Of a stretch of 31,206 bases of DNA, positions 26,433-31,206 are shown in pieces. The position numbers and the translations under genes are program-made. Source of the stretch: an uncultured Oscillospiraceae bacterium (GTDB taxonomy: Bacteria; Bacillota; Clostridia; Oscillospirales; Acutalibacteraceae); the NCBI GenBank assembly GCA_902461995.1, contig CABQAA010000001.1, positions 1-31,206 of the forward strand, read 5' to 3'. The notes below the pieces were generated by a model. It saw only the letters and a program-made list of their open reading frames with translations, was not told where the DNA came from and searched no databases. Positions within the stretch are counted from its first letter, which is position 1. Each line of letters opens with the position of its first letter.

Positions 26433-27809
26433 TTACGACCGATCCTTGCGGGATCGGTACTGCACCGGAGTCATGCCGAAGCTCTTTTTAAACTGTTTGT
26501 TAAAGTAGAAATAATCGTGGAATCCGGAGAGGTCGGCGATTTCCTGTACCGACAGACGGGTGCCGTCAAGCAGCTCGCAGGCCCTGGCGTTGCGTAGCCC
26601 GTTCAGGTATTTGGAAAACGGGGTCCCTTCATACCGGCTGAAGATCTCGGACAGATAGGAGCTGCTGATGTTCAGCTCCCGTGCGATTTCGGAGAGGGTA
26701 ATGTCCTCTGTATACCGCTGCCGTACCAGACAAAGCATTCGTTCGTAAATCAGGCTTTTATCGTCTGGCGAGAGGAACGATGTCGAAGAAATATGCAGGG
26801 TATCCAGCAGTGCCGCCGCCATCTCCTTCACATCGTGGTACGACGTCAGCAGTTTCGTATAGTCGTCGACCGGCTTCACCGCCGAGGACTGTGCCAGGCA
26901 GCCGATCAGCTGAGCCAGATTTTCCATATGGTAGGAATCGGTGACGAAGCGGTTGCAAAGCCACTCGGCCGTGTGAGGTGTCTGATCCGCACGGCTTTGG
27001 AGCAGTTCGTCCGCTAAACAGACGACTTTGCGGTAGGGCTGGCCCGTATAAAAAAAGATGTCGTTCCGGCCGGTGATAAAGGGCTGACAAGCGATCATTT
27101 CCGCATGGGAAACCGGAGTGGAGAGAGGTTCGTCGGCGCCTGCCGGGCCGCTGATTCCGATGGAATAGCGGCGGCTGAGCGGACGCAGCACGCGGAGAAA
27201 CGCACTTTCTCGATCGGGATTCTGCTCCATCAAATAGGTGGCTTGCCCGGAGGGGGACGGCAGAGCGTTCAGAGCCGGAAACGGCAGATCCGCCCGGTCT
27301 TCCGGCGGCATATTCCGGATGGTAACGGCCCGGATGAAGGGGGCGGCTGTCGGAATTCCCTGCTGCCGGAGAAAGTCCGAAACGGTGGTGGTTTTGAGTT
27401 TTGCCAGCACAGCATCCCGTTTCCGCCCGGATTTCTGCCGCAGATGAGCGGCCAGCTTTTGAAGTAGCGCCCCTGTTTCTTCCAGGTCAATCGGTTTGAG
27501 CAGAAAGTCGAACACATCCAGCTTGATGGCGGCCTGGGCGATGTGAAAATCGGCATAACCGGTCAGCACGATAACGGTGGTGTCAAGCTGCTGTTCCCGC
27601 AGGCGGCGGATCAGATCGATGCCGCTTGCGCCGGCGATTCGGATATCCGTCACTACGACATCCGGCTGCAGCTGAGGAAGGACGGCACCGGCCTCCTCCA
27701 CCGTCTTGCATTTCCCGACAATCTCGAAACCGTAGGCGGCCCAAGGAAAGCCGTTTTCGATCAATTTGAGCGCCCACGGTTCGTCGTCTACCAAATACAC
27801 GGAATACAC
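26433..27809 (-). CDS. YesN-type response regulator (receiver + AraC HTH)
   Basis: YSVYLVDDE, DVVVTDIRI, LTGYADF, FLLKPID; C-terminal ITLSEIARELNISSSYLS...GFHDYFYFNKQFKKSFGMTPVQYR; probable GTG start after aaagga (ATG 27818 is an alternative). Confidence 0.92.
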   Translation of the reverse strand: MYSVYLVDDEPWALKLIENGFPWAAYGFEIVGKCKTVEEAGAVLPQLQPDVVVTDIRIAGASGIDLIRRLREQQLDTTVIVLTGYADFHIAQAAIKLDVFDFLLKPIDLEETGALLQKLAAHLRQKSGRKRDAVLAKLKTTTVSDFLRQQGIPTAAPFIRAVTIRNMPPEDRADLPFPALNALPSPSGQATYLMEQNPDRESAFLRVLRPLSRRYSIGISGPAGADEPLSTPVSHAEMIACQPFITGRNDIFFYTGQPYRKVVCLADELLQSRADQTPHTAEWLCNRFVTDSYHMENLAQLIGCLAQSSAVKPVDDYTKLLTSYHDVKEMAAALLDTLHISSTSFLSPDDKSLIYERMLCLVRQRYTEDITLSEIARELNISSSYLSEIFSRYEGTPFSKYLNGLRNARACELLDGTRLSVQEIADLSGFHDYFYFNKQFKKSFGMTPVQYRSRKDRS

Positions 27810-27843
27810 ACTCTTCATCCTTTCACATAGGGGGACAACCAGC

Positions 27844-29823
27844 ATGGAAGCGATAGAGGCCCTGAATTTTGACACGATCGGCGGAAAGCCCGTTCGTATG
27901 CGGACCGAGAGGCAAAGCGAATGCCTGTGGTATGTGGAACTGACCGCCGAGTTGCCGCACGAGGTGCCGCAGGACGACTGGCAGGTGCGGCTGAAACTGG
28001 ATGGACAGCCCTCCTTTTTCTGGGCCCCTCATCTGACGCCGGGACCGGCATACGTCGCCGATCAGCACATATTCCGCTGCCCGGCCCTGATTGCCGCGGA
28101 TGAATCCCATATGACGGCGGTGTGGCCGGACCTGGATACGCTGAAAACGGCGATCGATCGCTGGTATATGGATCTGGACGCGGAAAACGGGAGGATGACT
28201 CTCGGCGTATCCGATGTCGAGGTGCCGGAACACGTGCTGTTCCGCCGAAAAAAGGGGCATGTGTTTGCGGCGGGCACTTTTCGGTTTGCCTTCTGGATCT
28301 ATCAAAGCCGCCGGCGTGAGGACCTGGAAAACCCCTTCCGGCCGGTTCTGAAGTTTTATTGGAAACAGGCAGGAGAGCCGCTGTTTGATGCGGGGCATCC
28401 GGCACATGGCTCTCTGAAAACCTATTGTGAGCATACCTATCGCTGGGCCTTTACTAGCTGGAAAGATACCGTATGGCAGGCATTTGAGATCGATGGGCAC
28501 GCCGTCGGAGCCCCGGCCTTTATCGTCAATGTTACGCAGAGTCCGCATTATCCGGGAACGCCCACCTGGCGGGAAACCTTGTCGGTTTGGAACCAGGCAT
28601 GGTTTAGTTCCCTGCGAAGTGCTTCCGGACTCTATCGGTACGCCAAAGAGTCGGGCCGGGCGGACCTGCTGGAGAAAGCCCGGCTGACCAAAGAGCTTGC
28701 CCTGCACATGCCCCAGAGGGCAGACGGCTTGTTTTACAGCGTGGTGGGAACCGGGATGCGCGCCAAAGAGACTCCGTCGGGGACGGGATGGGAGAGCATG
28801 GGATGGGACACCCGGTTTTTCGGCAATTCCAACCGCAATCCGCGGACTGGGGAGTTGGCCCGCTCGCCTTTTCACCTGCTCGATATGAGCATCACCGCCA
28901 CCTATATGCTGCGGTGGTACCGCGATCTGGAAGCGGATGAACGGCTGCTCTCCTACGCAAAACGCTATGCCGACGGTCTCTTGTGCCTGCAGCGGAAGGA
29001 CGGTTTTTTCCCGGCCTGGATCACGTTGGAAGGGGAGATACTGGAGGAACTCCAGATATCGCCCGAAACCTCGGCATCGGTCACCTTTCTTGCTGAGCTG
29101 TATGCGCTGACCGGGGAGGAGCGGTTTCGGGAGGCAGCCCTGCGCGGCATGGACGCTGTGCTGCGGGAGATTGTGAAGCAAGGCCGGTGGGAGGATTTTG
29201 AAACCTATTGGTCTTGCTGCCGGTTCGGGGGAGAATATCTGGGACAAAAGATCCCGCGAAACGGGATGTATAAGCAGTGCAATTTCTCCATGTATTGGAC
29301 GGCCGAAGCGCTTTATATTTTGTACCGGCAGAGTGGAGATGAGAGGTATCTCCGCTCCGGACGGCGGGTGCTCGACGAGCTGCTGATGACGCAGGCGGTC
29401 TGGCAGCCTCCGTACATGAGGGTGCCGGTTTTCGGCGGGTTCGGCGTTATGAACGCCGACGGCGAATGGCTGGATGCGCGTCAGAGCCTGTTCGCCGGGC
29501 TGATACTCGAATATGGGCTGGCGCTGAAAGAGGAGGAATATGTCAAACGAGGCATCGCGGCTCTGAGAGCCTCCTTTGTGATGATGGTCTGCCCGGAAAA
29601 CCCGCAGGTCATGAAGGAGTGGAAGAAACGCTGGCCGTTCTTCGGCGAAGAAGACATGGGCTTCATGATGGAAAACTACGGGCACGACGGTATTGTGGAC
29701 GAAGCCTACTCCGGAATCGGCGAGTTTACCATTTACGACTGGGGCAACGGTGCGGCCAGCGAAGCGGTGATGCGGGTGATGCAGACGCATGGGGACCTGC
29801 TCCGGATGTACGGGGAAAACTAG
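27844..29823 (+). CDS. Cytoplasmic protein with a predicted six-hairpin (alpha/alpha)6 domain; candidate glycoside hydrolase of unassigned family
   Basis: RBS aggggga; no signal peptide; helical-hairpin signatures LLCLQRKDGFFPAW, LAELYALTGEERFREAA, SGDERYL; acidic/aromatic motifs WEDFETYWSC, NADGEWLDARQ, ENYGHDG, YDWG. Confidence 0.6.
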   Translation: MEAIEALNFDTIGGKPVRMRTERQSECLWYVELTAELPHEVPQDDWQVRLKLDGQPSFFWAPHLTPGPAYVADQHIFRCPALIAADESHMTAVWPDLDTLKTAIDRWYMDLDAENGRMTLGVSDVEVPEHVLFRRKKGHVFAAGTFRFAFWIYQSRRREDLENPFRPVLKFYWKQAGEPLFDAGHPAHGSLKTYCEHTYRWAFTSWKDTVWQAFEIDGHAVGAPAFIVNVTQSPHYPGTPTWRETLSVWNQAWFSSLRSASGLYRYAKESGRADLLEKARLTKELALHMPQRADGLFYSVVGTGMRAKETPSGTGWESMGWDTRFFGNSNRNPRTGELARSPFHLLDMSITATYMLRWYRDLEADERLLSYAKRYADGLLCLQRKDGFFPAWITLEGEILEELQISPETSASVTFLAELYALTGEERFREAALRGMDAVLREIVKQGRWEDFETYWSCCRFGGEYLGQKIPRNGMYKQCNFSMYWTAEALYILYRQSGDERYLRSGRRVLDELLMTQAVWQPPYMRVPVFGGFGVMNADGEWLDARQSLFAGLILEYGLALKEEEYVKRGIAALRASFVMMVCPENPQVMKEWKKRWPFFGEEDMGFMMENYGHDGIVDEAYSGIGEFTIYDWGNGAASEAVMRVMQTHGDLLRMYGEN

Positions 29824-29824
29824 A

Positions 29825-29858
29825 CAAAAGCCGGGGACGGCGGTTCCGCCGTCCCCGG
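29825..29858 (-). terminator. GC-rich hairpin, probable terminator of the GH172 gene
   Basis: ccggggacggcgg / ccgccgtccccgg inverted repeat (29831-29858); on the minus strand it is followed by cttttgt. Confidence 0.7.
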
Positions 29859-29867
29859 TCGGATACA

Positions 29868-30974
29868 TCAGTACACCGCCAGGGTGTCCCGATCCGGCAG
29901 CGGCGGAAACGGCGCCGCCGGCAGAGTCTGATACCAGAAGGCCGTGGAAGCTACGTCATCGTTTAAGGGCCGGAATTTCCAGTCGGGAGACCAGCCCAAC
30001 GCCTGGATATCGACGCGGAGATCCCGCTTGAATCGGATGGGATCGAGAATATGCCAACGATACAGTCCAAACCGGGTCTGGGACTGGTAGGTTCCGTCGG
30101 GACGGATCACCTGCGGCATTCCGGCGTAGAGGGTGGTGAATTCCTGATACTGCCCGGTTTTGATATTCTCAAAATTATAGGATCCGCAGAAATAGTCTTC
30201 GGTGCCGGTTCCGCAGATGGTCGGATAGTCGGTGTCGCCGTCGAGATAAAACTTGATTTCGCCTTCGCCCCACCAGCCCCGGGTGTTGACGCCCCAACAG
30301 ATATAGGTGCCGACGTATTGGCCCTGTCCTTGTATCCCGTCGAGGATGACGTGGGGGACTTTGGCGGCCGTGGGGTTGGAGCGCCGGAACTGTGCGTGAA
30401 AATAGGCAAGGGTCTCGGGCAGCTCAAGCAGCTCGTAATCAATCTGATAAAACAGGGTGGCGGGATAGGACCATCGGTTTTCCAGAGTAATCCGGCAATG
30501 TGTTCGGAAGGGCATTTCCCAGTAGCAGTTGAAAGCGTTACCGGGATTGACACAGACCGCCGCGGAAGAAACCTGGGCGAACTCGCCCCATCCACAGGCG
30601 AAAAAATCGCCGAGCGGACATTCTACTGAGGGGGTTGTCTGGCCCTCCCAATAGATGCGCAGGATCATGTCCCGCCATTTGTGGGTATCTTTGAACCAAG
30701 GAACGGGATTCGGCTCATTCTGGATCAGGCAGGTCATCCAGATATGGCGGATGCAGCCGGGACCCTCGATGTCTGCAACGGTGAGGGTGTCGCCGGCCGG
30801 GATGGATACACAGGGGCGGATTTTCCATCCGGTGCCGAGGTGGCTGCTCGCGGTATTCGGCTGGACTTCGGCTCGGGCGCCGCCGCCCTTGGAGCCGTCG
30901 GGGTTTTCGGCCGAGATCGAGCGGGTTTCCGCGTCGGATAAGGCCCATAAGGGGGAGGCTGTCAGTCCGGGCAT
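29868..30974 (-). CDS. GH172 (DUF2961) alpha-D-fructofuranosidase / alpha-D-arabinofuranosidase-like enzyme, cytoplasmic
   Basis: TRSISAENPDGSKGGG, GPGCIRHIWMT, PSVECPLGDFF, FNCYWEMPF, YFHAQFRR, WWGEGE, GTGTEDYF, YRWHILDPIRF; RBS aaaggag. Confidence 0.92.
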   Translation of the reverse strand: MPGLTASPLWALSDAETRSISAENPDGSKGGGARAEVQPNTASSHLGTGWKIRPCVSIPAGDTLTVADIEGPGCIRHIWMTCLIQNEPNPVPWFKDTHKWRDMILRIYWEGQTTPSVECPLGDFFACGWGEFAQVSSAAVCVNPGNAFNCYWEMPFRTHCRITLENRWSYPATLFYQIDYELLELPETLAYFHAQFRRSNPTAAKVPHVILDGIQGQGQYVGTYICWGVNTRGWWGEGEIKFYLDGDTDYPTICGTGTEDYFCGSYNFENIKTGQYQEFTTLYAGMPQVIRPDGTYQSQTRFGLYRWHILDPIRFKRDLRVDIQALGWSPDWKFRPLNDDVASTAFWYQTLPAAPFPPLPDRDTLAVY

Positions 30975-31012
30975 GTGAAAGTCTCCTTTCATTTTGCATA
31001 CTTTATAGTTCT

Positions 31013-31041
31013 ATTATAGAAAGGAATCGAAGGGGCTTCAA
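31013..31041 (-). promoter_or_regulatory. Sigma-A promoter of the GH172 gene
   Basis: Minus strand reads TTGAAG, 17 nt, TATAAT. Confidence 0.7.
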
Positions 31042-31091
31042 GTCAGTTTTTGTCCGGATTTACCGACATTTTTTGTCAGGAGGAGGACATC

Positions 31092-31206
31092 GTGGAAGAA
31101 CCGTACGGATATTATGATATAAAAAATACGAATAGTATAATTTTAAAAGCTGAAATGGAGCAGTATTTGCGCCGGTGGTACGGCGAGCCGCTCTCCCTTG
31201 ATCGGA
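31092..31206 (+). CDS. 5' end of a probable AraC-family regulator (runs off the window)
   Basis: Strong RBS aggaggagga + GTG; MEEPYGYYDIKNTNSIILKAEMEQYLRRWYGEPLSLDR resembles the entry into an AraC HTH (YI..HY.EPLSL..LA). Not in the ORF track. Confidence 0.6.
   Translation, partial: MEEPYGYYDIKNTNSIILKAEMEQYLRRWYGEPLSLDR

Overview
Chromosomal window from a moderately GC-rich, spore-forming Firmicute, probably Clostridia (inferred from the gene content). The left 12 kb is a mix of housekeeping and accessory genes: a cwlJ/sleB-type cortex hydrolase with a gerQ-like partner, tRNA-Arg(ACG), an ECF sigma factor with an RsgI-type/PepSY anti-sigma partner, a GDSL esterase, a P-loop kinase, a sugar-1-kinase + nucleotidyltransferase pair divergent from galE, an ECF sigma with a ~375 aa fused C-terminal extension, an internally deleted glycerate kinase and a GNAT. 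From ~12.4 kb to the end lies a Gram-positive polysaccharide utilisation locus. It has a split YesM/YesN two-component system, two paralogous GH9-like lipoproteins with a non-canonical active-site motif, an ABC transporter, two surface proteins built from CBM66-like beta-sandwiches, a cytoplasmic six-hairpin protein I cannot assign to a family, a GH172 (DUF2961) alpha-D-fructo/arabinofuranosidase and the start of an AraC regulator. This locus is the best candidate for an undescribed system, probably for a furanoside-containing glycan. All family assignments come from motif recognition by eye and from remembered family sequences; no searches were run.
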